Source: Iphione sp. A-MEVVRFRX5 (taxonomy: Eukaryota). From it: 64,000 nucleotides of DNA. Of the stretch, positions 40,957 to 51,700 are shown piece after piece. Position 1 is the first letter of the stretch. Every line of letters starts with the position of its first letter. The stretch lies in assembly GCA_976226885.1 (NCBI GenBank), contig OZ320319.1:77810001-77874000 (forward strand), read 5' to 3'. The notes below the pieces were generated by a model. The model had not been told where the DNA came from and ran no database searches. It saw nothing but the letters and a program-made list of their open reading frames with translations. The position numbers and the translations under genes are program-made.

Positions 40957-41781
40957 CTGCAAGTACAATGTAAATAAAATGACAAAACATGTTTAACTGA
41001 TATAGTTCTATATGACATGATTAACTCATACTAAAGCATATCACAATTGACTAGATATATATATGCTTACTTGAACACTGTGTAATGAGTGAGGATGTGT
41101 CTGTGGGGGTGAATTCTGGATCAACTCCACAGGAAGACAGAGTAGGTTTTAGTATTTGGCATGTTCGGCGGTTTAGACATTACATGCACCACTGAACTCT
41201 ATACCAGGGCAAAAGTATGAATCATCAATGTTTGTGGTATCCTTGTGGGTGGTAACCGCACCTGGACTCCCCCATTAGTAATTTACATGCTTTATATCAA
41301 TGAACTTCTGCTTGAAATTATGCTAGCTGTTTTAGTTTCTTACCAGATAGCTAGACTCCCTTAGTACTCCCAGCACACTTTAGTTTGTGGTGCAATAGCT
41401 GTTTGTTCTCTTCTTGCCAGGTGTTTAATGACAGGTGGTAAGTATATTTTGCTATGTTTATAAGTTATACTCTGTACTATCTATTTGGATCTCATATTGA
41501 AGCTAGAGCAAGAACTTCTGTATTTTCTGAAAAGTTCTTAACTCAATAAACATCTGATGTTATCTGATTCTAAACAACATGGCAATACAGTCAACCTCAC
41601 TGCTTTGAATGCTAGAAACCTTAATTTCCTCAGTATGTTGACCATATAAGGTAACAATAGCTTCATTATTTTAAAATACAAAATAATTTAAGTAACTGAG
41701 ATTATCCAGTATATCGAACAAACTTCCTGCCACAATACGGATTCGAAGTTGTGAGGTCTGACTGTATTCCATTCGGGATAC

Positions 41782-41931
41782 CTTCGAATAGGCCTTGGTG
41801 ATGACATCCAATTGGAAGGCCTGTGGCATCTCACTGGCTCGGTACTGTGACCGGTCCAGGGAGTGGCTGAGTAGACTGTCGGGTGTGGTTCCTATGACTG
41901 TGGAGACCAGTGGCCGTATACTGCCCGCTGC
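41782..41931 (-). CDS. CRPPA: CRPPA/ISPD exon 4: [14 protein letters not shown]...[27 protein letters not shown]
   Basis: AG/GT boundaries; conserved IRPLVSTV and RASEMPQAF motifs. Confidence 0.95.
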
Positions 41932-42399
41932 CTTTTACACGGAAAGCAACCACAGCTACATTACTGACCATCATAAAATGGATGTGCCTTCAACTATGCA
42001 AATACACAATGGAGCTTTTAAATTCTAATTAGAGGGGAATTTATGTCCTTTAATTCTATGGAAACGGCTGGTGATTCCAGGCACTACCCTGGTAGGATGG
42101 GTAGTGCCTGGAGCTCTCTCGGTCTCTAGCATATCATAAGGAGGTTACAAAGCAGCCGCTTTAAGCACAAATATTATATTTTGGAAAGGAAATAGAAGTA
42201 CATGTATATTGGGGAGTAAGAAATGAAATAAGTTTCCTGTACATAATATATGTCACTAACAGAAAAGTGACTTCAATCTTATCTTCAGAACGAATACGTA
42301 AAAGCAGCACTGAGATTTCTTTAGACATTACAACACAGAAATACCATAAGAAAGATGAAAAAGACTTATTCGTTCGAGTTCTGATACTCTCACACTTAC

Positions 42400-42500
42400 A
42401 CCATGTGCCATGGCTGCCGCAGTGATTTTCTGGAGAATGCTCTCAGTGACGAAAGGCCTGACAGCGTCATGTATGATGACGACATCTGGGTGGTGGCCAG
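42400..42500 (-). CDS. CRPPA: CRPPA/ISPD exon 3: [33 protein letters not shown]
   Basis: ttccag acceptor and gtaagt donor; IspD signature [10 protein letters not shown]. Confidence 0.95.
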
Positions 42501-44312
42501 CTGGAAGAGATTACACGAACACCAACACTGACGAAAAGTGTTAAAGCACTAGTGGTTAATGGTGGCATAATTACCAACTGTAAGAGGGCAGCACCTCACA
42601 CACCCATCCCTCCCTCTAGGGAGAAACAGCTGTTGGGACACCAGAGGCCCTTGGCTGTTACCTCAGAAGGTGCAATACTGTGTGAGTATGCACCTTGAAT
42701 TTTGACTTTTGTTTTCCCAAAATGGGAAGCAACTGCATTTTTTTGAAATAGCTGACAAATAAACACTGTGTTGTGGCATTCACAAGGTGTCTATGATGTA
42801 ATTATTGACTATGAATAATGTTTCGCGAAATGTTGGAGATATGGTCCTTATTTGCTCTTCAGGCATTACATTATCCCGAATTTCAATGTAATCCACATTT
42901 GCTGATTCTCTTGTATGGTGTATGTACTTTTTCTGAATTTGGACTCAACTGCATTTTAAGAGCCTGTTTGACTGAGATTAAATTGGAAGTAATTTTCGGT
43001 CTTCTGTAACTAATTCGTGAAGTTCAAAGGCTTAGTATTCTGCTCATACTTTACTGTACCCTGTTTGAATTTTTGAATGCAGATAATTAAGCCCAGAACT
43101 CACAGGTGGATTAATACTCGACCGAAAATAAGTCAACAATAGCTATTTGTGATATGCAAGAAAACGCTCGAATATATGATGAGAAAATCGTGACCAAGGA
43201 AACGATAAATATTGATGGTAACAAGTAAATGTATACAGGCACCCATTTCCTGTGATAGAAGAATAGATAACATAACTGTTGCATATGAATATGTTTCATG
43301 TAATAAAAAATATATATGACAAAGGATGAGACATGATGAACGAAAGGATACGCCTGTTAGAAAACCTTGCTCAGTACCCATTCCCAGAGTGAATGAAATG
43401 TTGAGAGGCGGTTATATAAAGATAGCCAGAGCTACACAGGAGAAGCAGCATGCATGAAATACTTACACATATATCCATTTATTTAGAAGTTCTGGGGAAC
43501 TTTTTTCATCGAGGTTTAGGTTGATGAATGACTGGACCTTTTGAAAGTTCGGTTTGAATTTACGGATCATGTGATGGGATTACAGGATTCGCCATGATGG
43601 TGTGATAATAACTAGAGAATATAGGATAGCGAAGGCAGTTAAGTTTCGTACCTGCATGGTTGGTTAAGTTTAACTTGAGAGTGTCCATGTTATAGGTATA
43701 ACCATACATGTTTGCCCTATTCCAGCCTTCTGAAAACTCATGTGAGCATGCACCGTGATACATAAACATCAAAATACTAGTGTACTTACCACTTTTCACG
43801 TTTCATACAACTGGTTCCTATGACAGAGAGAAGACCTGAATAGTTCTTACTGAGGCTATCCAAAAATAGAGAAGGTTTTGTTCAGCCACCTGATGACAAT
43901 TTTCCATAGCAGCAAAGACACCTGCACACTGGTTGATCACTTTTTATAATACAGAACGACTAGCCAGACAGGTCCATTATCTCGGGTAGGACAGATGCAT
44001 TAGGGTATGCCCAGATACCCCCATATAGATACAAAATGTTGCGTGGGAGACAAGCGCATGGGGTGAGTGGGAATGTGACAGTGCAGGTGTACAGGCATGT
44101 GGGGTTGAGTGAACGTGTGAATGTACCACACAGATATATGGGACTTATATAAGAAGGTGCCATATATGTGGGTTTCAGTGAGTTCTTGACAAATTTTGGG
44201 GGGATAAACATCTCAAAGTGGATCTGAATCTTTATCGTGAGTCGCTGCAGTGGACACGAATATAACAATATACACATGGATACATACATATATACATACA
44301 TAAAGTAACCAC

Positions 44313-44473
44313 CTCGTGAGAGAGCCTTGATGCCGCTGTAGATGGAGCGATGCCTGGTGACCTGCCCTTCTGCTAGTGACACCTTCTGGTGGTTATAGTT
44401 ACTAAGGATCTGCTCTGCATCCCCGTGCCATTCTGACGAAACCACCAAGACGATGTGTTCAATCCATGGTACC
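44313..44473 (-). CDS. CRPPA: CRPPA/ISPD exon 2: VPWIEHIVLVVS...GQVTRHRSIYSGIKALSR
   Basis: ctacag acceptor; conserved TRHRSI motif. The donor could be at 44313 (gtggtt) or 44310 (gttact); both are phase 1. Confidence 0.9.
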
Positions 44474-44963
44474 CTGTAGAGGTTAAAAATGGTCATTTTG
44501 ACACTCTTTATTATTAAATAATTATCCCCCAGAGATCTTGTGTCACTTTCTAAAGGTTTCATGTGGCGTGATTTACTACAACTAAGGCGATTTTGGTTGT
44601 TATAAGAATTTAAGACAATTAAAAAAGACTTCAAGAGAACAGGATAATGCATACACTACTAGAGAATTGTTCGGAATAAAATAAAATCGCTGAAAAGTGG
44701 ATAACGTTTACTCTAACTGCCAGTTTTACATTCTAATCAATTCACTCTTCATATCATCCTTCATCTCTCCACTTTACTTGCTCCTCGTGCTGTCCTTTTA
44801 AAGGTACTCATTAACTTCCCCAAAGTACATTCTCCCAACATGTAGCAATATTCCTACAAATATAAATTAAATTTAGGTCTAGGTCATATATTCATTCCAA
44901 TCACTCATGACGTAGCCTATATAATATGCCTAATATTCTGGTAATATTCTAAAATCTCAATAA

Positions 44964-45207
44964 CTTAGTAACTGGCCTAATACTAAATGACTATGCAAAG
45001 GCCTTTGATAGCAGTCAGCATGAGGTGATCTCAAATAAACTTTTCAATTTCTGCTTCACAAAATCTGTTCCTTGGATTACGAACTACCGGTACCTCTCGA
45101 GAAGAACACAATGAACCATAAAGGTAAATGGTGTCTTATCTGATTAGCATGTGATGGTCATTGGGGTCCCACGGGGTAGTATATGAGCCCGTCAATTATT
45201 GCGTTAC
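44964..45207 (+). mobile_element. Decayed CR1/L2-type LINE reverse-transcriptase fragment
   Basis: One frame reads LILNDYAKAFDSSQHEVISNKL...WITNYRYLSRRTQ*TIKVNGVLSD*HVMVIGVPRGSI*, i.e. the DxxKAFD and GVPQGS RT motifs with three stops. Confidence 0.85.
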
Positions 45208-45598
45208 AATGCTACATATTTCATCAAACTGGAAAGGGTGTGACCTGTTGTCATAGCAACTTGCACTCTGTGCATGGGCAGTGACAGTCCTGCTTAGGCA
45301 AACATTGCCACATGGCTTAGCTGACAGTCTATAAGATACGGGGTGATGATTCTTCTTCCATTTAAAAAAAAACTATAAAAGGTAGGAGAAAATGGTTTGG
45401 CATATATATAGATACGGTATTAAAAATTATTCATTCAAATTTTGAGAGATTTCTGTGGAGAAATAGAGAGCTGCAGCATGTCAAACCTTTGCTGAGGTAA
45501 AGCTCATATAGGTCATATTCACTCGCGCCACCTGGCTTCAATAGATGAGTCCATTGGGTCTGTTACTCTTTATGATCTCCATCAGTGATTCGCTGCAC

Positions 45599-45690
45599 AA
45601 GCTTGAAAGTTCATGCATGTTTGTTATATGCAGTACAATTCTCATACTGAGAGTGGGAGACCTGTACAGATCCAACAAATGTGGAGAATT
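45599..45690 (+). repeat. 92-bp direct repeat, copy 1 (copy 2 at 46873-46964)
   Basis: aagcttgaaagttcatgcat...ccaacaaatgtggagaatt; 2 mismatches between the copies. Confidence 0.95.
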
Positions 45691-46872
45691 GGCGAGGTAA
45701 CAGCCCCCTGGTAGCGGATTATTGTACTGAATGCATATAAATACTCGCCGCCAACGAGACCTGGCGCAGTAGCCGCAGGTCACCGAGCAAAGTAGACACA
45801 CTCACCCCGAGCAACGTTGCAAAATGGCGGAGGCCATGGTTGAGTACAAAGCAAAATTAGACGAGGCTTTACGAAGAGTAAAGTTGGTCGAGAGTGAACT
45901 AGAACAGGTGAAGAAGGCTACAAAAAAGGGCAAGCCAGCCGATACGACCAAGAAAGGCAAGAATAACACCAAATTTCTCGAGGGCGCAACGGGAGGCGAC
46001 CACGTGGACCAAGTCGGCAACGACACCCAATCGGATGACTCCGAGGAAGAAGAATTGCCGACCCCAGACCACCTGCGTAGCAAAGCCAACCAAGAATATC
46101 AGCAAATTGCGGGAATAATATACCCAACGTCAATCTCAACTGCAGGTAAGAAGAAAAAATTCATCTCACCTGCAACTTACATATATTTCAAAAAGTCAGA
46201 TACACCAGACGTTGAAAAGTTAACTTTCCCACAGTATGTAGCAGGACTTACGAGAATGATTAAAGATGACACGTACAAAGACGCCCCCAAAGACATTCTC
46301 TTCACTCATTTGACTGAATTAGCAGAGGAGGCCATCACCCTACCATGGCCGCCTCTTCGCACGTGGGTAACAGAACTCTGGCATGCGGCAGAGACGAGGA
46401 GATTCACGTGGGGAAATAGACATTTAGCCCACCTCTGTAAGACTAGGGCAATAAATGCCTACTTGGAGTCGAAAGTAGAGGGTAAACTCTTATCCCACTC
46501 CATGAAGGACGCCATTGTCATTTGCCCGCAGTGGCTCCAGTCGAAATGTGAAGAAAAGCACGAATCAAACGAACTGTTCTCTATAATTCATGCATGTCCA
46601 CTGTGTTTCTACCACCTAAACAGGCGTTTTGAGCACAGAACGGAGGCCTGCCGTCTCAAGAAGAAGCTACAGCAACCACGCCAGCAGACAGACAGCCAGC
46701 CCCAGCCACAACGGCGACGACCGGACGAGTGGCAATGAGCCGGACCCGACATGGACAGCTGAAATACACGATTTCAGCTACCCGACAACAAGAACAACAC
46801 CCCCAGTTCATCCAGCCTACGACATTATGACCCCGGTGCACTTGGCCACATGGCCAATTATTGCTTATTGCA
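45691..46872 (+). mobile_element. 3'-truncated Ngaro/DIRS-like (tyrosine-recombinase retrotransposon) fragment: 5' leader, gag-like ORF and pol stub
   Basis: TATAAA at 45736 precedes an intact gag-like ORF. An overlapping alternate-frame ORF (46629-46880, ...YDIMTPVHLATW) resembles the start of a DIRS-type pol and is cut at the right repeat. It lies antisense in CRPPA intron 1. Confidence 0.7.
45824..46738 (+). CDS. Gag-like (ORF1) protein of Ngaro/DIRS type, 304 aa, N-terminal coiled coil and C-terminal Cys/His zinc knuckles
   Basis: Intronless ORF with aaaATGg start. Helical core LTFPQYVAGLTRMI...HLTELAEEA...WPPLRTW...FTW. Cys/His array CPQWLQSKC...HACPLCFYH...HRTEAC is typical of DIRS/Ngaro ORF1. 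Confidence 0.72.
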   Translation: MAEAMVEYKAKLDEALRRVKLVESELEQVKKATKKGKPADTTKKGKNNTKFLEGATGGDHVDQVGNDTQSDDSEEEELPTPDHLRSKANQEYQQIAGIIYPTSISTAGKKKKFISPATYIYFKKSDTPDVEKLTFPQYVAGLTRMIKDDTYKDAPKDILFTHLTELAEEAITLPWPPLRTWVTELWHAAETRRFTWGNRHLAHLCKTRAINAYLESKVEGKLLSHSMKDAIVICPQWLQSKCEEKHESNELFSIIHACPLCFYHLNRRFEHRTEACRLKKKLQQPRQQTDSQPQPQRRRPDEWQ

Positions 46873-46964
46873 AAGCTTGAAAGTTCATGCATATTTGTTA
46901 TATGCAGTACAATTCTCATACTGGGAGTGGGAGACCTGTACAGATCCAACAAATGTGGAGAATT
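46873..46964 (+). repeat. 92-bp direct repeat, copy 2
   Basis: Matches 45599-45690 with 2 substitutions. Confidence 0.95.
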
Positions 46965-47291
46965 AGCTAATTAACGCCAAATAATGATTCGTGGCAAACT
47001 GAGGAGGTACTAACGATTTGTGGCAGAGTTATTATGATGTTCTCAACTTGATGGGATAAAAAAAAACAAAACTTTTCCCATGTTTTAAATTATACTTGAG
47101 CCCAGGGACTTGAGCTCAAGTCCCCTCCCCTTTCCCTTTTGGCTTTTCTGTCTAACCCTACTTAATGGCGAAAGGCCCTATCGAAATACACACTTAGGCC
47201 TATTCATAATCCAACTTAATATCTGTTTTCATGATTGGTCTGATCTGATTGTCTAAAAAGAGCAGCACCTTGCACTCAAGTTAAAATATAC

Positions 47292-47431
47292 CTCTCAAAT
47301 GCTTCTAGCGTGTAGCTGACGAGGGGCCGGCCAAGGATCGACACGTACTGCTTGGGAGTGGGGAGGCCCAGCCGCTGACCGCAGCCACCGGCCGGTAACA
47401 CGGCACACGCCCGAAAACACTCGTCGCCCAT
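47292..47431 (-). CDS. CRPPA: CRPPA/ISPD (CDP-L-ribitol pyrophosphorylase A) first coding exon: [46 protein letters not shown]
   Basis: IspD nucleotide-binding motif [16 protein letters not shown]; gtatat donor in phase 2 joins exon 2. Nine exons assemble into an uninterrupted ISPD ORF. Confidence 0.95.
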
Positions 47432-47871
47432 CTTGAGAACACTACAGACACAGGTCAATCGCTGCCAGGGGAAATCCCCTCAAGTTATTCCGAAATTGAC
47501 TTTCCTAGCGAGTTTTGCGGCCGTACACTACGCTCGTTGGTGTACAGAATGACCGGCTGGCCATTGTAAACAAATGAGTTACAACACCCGGAAGTTGTTT
47601 GGATGATGTGTTTTTCTTGACTTTGCTTCTGAAACAATGCACTAGCTGGCAGCAAAATCGAGTCACGTCATGAATAATGCGGTGACTAGAGGGCGACACA
47701 GTCACCACTTAGCCCATAAAACTCCTCAGCTAGGTACTCACAAAGCAGTGCGTACCGTTTGTGAACAAACTGGATGTACAGATAAACAACAATTTCCACC
47801 ATCCACTTGGGCACGAAGGAGTAAGCTAAGGACCAGACCAACACTCCAACCTCCTATCCAAATTGCCTCTG

Positions 47872-48030
47872 CATGCCCGTAGCCAAGGGGGTATCGGGGG
47901 TATCGGACGATACCCCCCAGAGCAATTAATATCTATTGGCCTTTATGGGAAAAGAAAAAAATAGTTCCACCCCTGTGGTATCAGGGGTATCGGCCGATAC
48001 CCCCAACAAAAGGTCCTGGCTACGGGCCTG
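47872..48030. mobile_element. 159-bp MITE with about 16-bp TIRs and 5-bp target duplication (CTCTG)
   Basis: Left TIR catgcccgtagccaag; right TIR cctggctacgggcctg. CTCTG at 47867-47871 and 48031-48035. Internal palindromes gggggtatcg/cgataccccc. Confidence 0.8.
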
Positions 48031-48194
48031 CTCTGGAAGCCAAGCTGCTGTCAGACCACAAACAATTTACTGAGACTGACGCCCTCCTTGGGGCTCACAT
48101 CTCCAAACAAGGCCCCTGACCCAGTATAGGTGTCAGCACTGCCCTGGCAGGTGAAGCGCCCTGCACTTGCAGAAACACTGCAGGGACTTGACAG

Positions 48195-48221
48195 CAACAA
48201 CAACAACAACAACAACAACAA
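48195..48221. repeat. (CAA)n microsatellite
   Basis: Direct reading. Confidence 0.9.
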
Positions 48222-48602
48222 GAAAGTAGTGCAGACACACTGTCTACCATTTCCAAACAACTTTGTGAAGATTTCCTTATTGGAACTATAGACCCATCGG
48301 ATATCATTAATTTTGGTGTGTTCCAGCAAAAAAAATATAAAAACTACGACACATCTTCTATATTCATTAAAATAATTTCCAAGGCTTTATGGCAATTCAG
48401 TAGTGTTCATTTAATCATAGAAAGCAGAAAAGTAACACCTGAATAGCTCATTTCTGGGATTTATACAGTGAATTTCACATTAATATGATGACGTAGTTTT
48501 GCTCATAAAGTGAAAAAGCGAAGGGTCAATTGAGCTCTCCTTTACCAAAAATGTGCAAGTTGTGCAAAAGCCTCCCTATATATTCATTTGCATACACATG
48601 TA

Positions 48603-49494
48603 CAGGACAACCCCTGATTTCGGACGCCCGGGCACAGCGGACGCCTCCCACAACGGATGCCCTGGCACCAGTCCCAAACAGAAACCCTGTTTATCATGTC
48701 TAATGGCGCCCAGACACAGCAGACACTCAGAGACAGCAGACACCCCGCCTTTAGACACTTCTTTTCCAGTCCCAAATGCTCATTTCACAAGGTCTACAGC
48801 AGATGCCCACCTTCTCTGGAGAAGGTACGACCCCTTCTCGTCACCCTCTCGCTCCTCCTTTCATGGGTGTCCGCACCCTGGAGAAGGTGCAACCCCTTCT
48901 CGTCACCTTCTTGCTACTTCTTTGATGGGTGTCCACACCCTAGAGAAGGCGTGACTCCTCCTCGTTACCTCCTTGCTATTCCTTTGATGGCTGTCCACAC
49001 CCTGGAGAAGGTGCGACCCCTTCTCGTCACCCTGGAGGAGGTGTCCATCACACCTTGGGGGCCCCAATGCATGCATAAGAGGGTGGAACAGGCCACTGGA
49101 ACTATTCACTCTCCTGCTGCTGACCACATCATACCTGCCCACTCCTTCAGTCTACTGTTGCCGTCCTTCACTCTGCCACTGCCGCCCTTCAGTCTGCCGT
49201 TGCTGTCCTTCACTCTGCCACTGCCCACCCTTCAGTCTGCCATTGCCATCCTTCACTCTGCCGCTGCCACCCTTCAGTCTGCCGTTGCCCACCCTTCAGT
49301 CTACCTTCTGCCAAACTCCACTCTACCACCACCAACATTTCCTCTACTACAGCAGACATTCCCTCTACAACTGCCAAATGCTGATCTACCACATTGAAAA
49401 TACCCTCTGCCACAGCTTGGTGACAGCAAACACACCCGACAATGGACGCCCTGGTGCCAGTCTGGTCGATGTCCGTTGTAATGGGGTTCTACTG
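48603..49494. mobile_element. TA-flanked non-autonomous DNA element expanded by internal minisatellites (60-bp x about 4 at 48810-49040; 21-bp x about 7 at 49145-49300)
   Basis: Ends TA|caggacaacccctgatttcggac and gtccgttgtaatggggttctactg|TA. Tandem units caccctggagaaggtgcgaccccttctcgtcacc... and ccttcagtctgccgttgccgt are visible. Confidence 0.6.
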
Positions 49495-51189
49495 TACATG
49501 TATTCTCGCGGATGTACAAGTTGCAAAATTTGAGGTGGCACTAGTGTAGCAAGCCTTGGGAGTGCAGACAGCCCATCTCAGCAGTACTTGTTTAGTTTGA
49601 AAGGCCACAACATTTTAAATATGTTATCTAAAAATCTAGTACTGCCAACAATTATAGAATCATAGGCGAACTATGAATACCCATTTGCATTAGTATGTAA
49701 AAAAATATTCATATAGTAATGACAAGTTTTTAGGCAAGCTTAAAAGACAGCAAGAACACCCTATTATTCCTTACAAGAACCCACCCAGAAAAATGCAGCC
49801 ACCGCAACTCTCTCTGATGTGACCGCTAGAATCATTAATCTCTGCACTTAGAAGTATGAGCAGAAGCATGGGACACACCTAGCTATCCATATTTTCGCCT
49901 GATCTATGTACCGGTACCAATGTCTTCATGGGCAAAGTGTGAATCAGAGATGTATATATGCTAACGGAAATCATATCTTTTGAATAAATGCCTTTGCTTC
50001 TTCAGTTGTTTTACTATTTGCATCCTTGCTAAATAATGGAAACACTGATTACGAGGTGTTTTCATTGAAGGAGAAGAAAATTTACTTGGTTGTATCTATC
50101 TCGACAAGACCCATCAGATTGGATAGATCATTGGGCTATTAGAGACAATATACATAGGCATATTACTAAAATTTAATGTGAGTTGTCAAAAGCGAAATTG
50201 TCGACCCTCTCCTGGTATGGTATATGTGAGTTGTGTGGGGGAATGCCATTTTCATAGGATTTTTTCCCTCTCTCGTCGAATGGTAGGCATTAGTGAGATG
50301 AAAAGTCATTTATTTTAAATTGTGCACAACTTCCAACATGGTGGGGGTAGGAGTAAGTAGCACATGTTCCATGGTTGATAAAACTCTGGTGCCTTGAATG
50401 GGTGGCTATAACTATACAGTGATGCATTTGATGAGCCAACTGGGCATACCTTCCTCTTTTGTTGGTGAAGAAGGGGTCCCACAGACATCATTCGATCATA
50501 AAAAGGCCCTGGAGCATTAAAAATAGATAGATTTGTAATACCTAATTGAATTTGAGCTGATCAATTGGGTTGCTTGTTCTATAATAGCTACGAAAGTTAT
50601 CTGAAAATTGCTCTGTGAAATGGACCAATCACCATCAGTAGAATGAACCCATTACAGCACTTACATTTTCCGTTTCTTAAGACGATGTCTGGAAATACAG
50701 CAAGCTGATTGGTGGATTTTCTATGTGACGTAACAAACTGTAAAAATCCTTATAGTAATGGTGTCTGGCGATTCACTCAATGGATTAGTACTTATTGCTT
50801 GAAGTTAAGTGACACTTTTCCAGCCACAGTATGTAAATAGCAAATAGGTATTATTAATATCAGCTTGTATGTTTCATAAATATATATGGAGCCTCTTGAT
50901 CGAGCTGTATGTGATTAACATATGAATGATTCTTTAGATAATCAGTGTGAGCGTAAGCCAAATTTCCATGAGTTTATGGAGCACTGTCTTGTAGGTTTAT
51001 TTCAACATTCGAATACACATAGTGGAATTCAATGTTTACATGACCTGTTTATTCATTACATATACATATTTACAAATCAGCTGTTCTGCTTACTATTAGC
51101 TGTATGCAAGTAGCCAAATAAATTGTCGACGTGCCCATGTATACACATGTATACATGTATACACATGTATACATGTATGTATGGTCTGA

Positions 51190-51700
51190 TACACAAGGTA
51201 GACATTCGCTGGGGCGACCACCTGGGGGACTGAAGAAATACGGTTGTCTCCGCAACTGGTTCCCCACGACATCTGCACCCACTGTAGGTCCCCCTCTAAG
51301 TCTTTTGTGGGGAGGCCCCAGCGTAGAGATGAGCGAGCTTGGGACTATGTCTCACCCATCACCGGTTTTGAATGGAGACGTTTCAGCCTAGAGAGGAGCA
51401 AAGTGAGGATTTTGTGTTAACCCTATCACCAGCTATGAAGGTAGAGGCCCCCAGCCTAGAGAAGCAAAAGCGTGGATTTCATGCTACCACTGTCACCAAT
51501 TTTAAAGGGAGAGGCCATTTGGGCGTTTCTGTGGTCTTTAAGTGGTCTCTGGGTCTCCTTTTCCGTGGTCATTATGCGATATGGTCTCCTCTGTGAACTG
51601 GTCTTCCCCACGTTCTTCAAAACTATTGTTTCTATCAGACGGTGGTCTCTCCCCCAGTCTGGTCTCCCCAGCAATCTGGTCGCTAAGTGAGAGTTCACTG
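51190..51700. mobile_element. Degenerate CAGT-ended MITE-like element(s)
   Basis: Right end ggtcgctaagtgagagttcactg|TA; degenerate left end near 51190; repeated gagacc/ggtctc motifs inside. Confidence 0.45.

Noticed and set aside
50448-50507. Minus-strand exon-like segment (PFYDRMMSVGPLLHQQKRK) with AG/GT ends
   Set aside because: Isolated; no compatible partner exons between the vWA gene and CRPPA.
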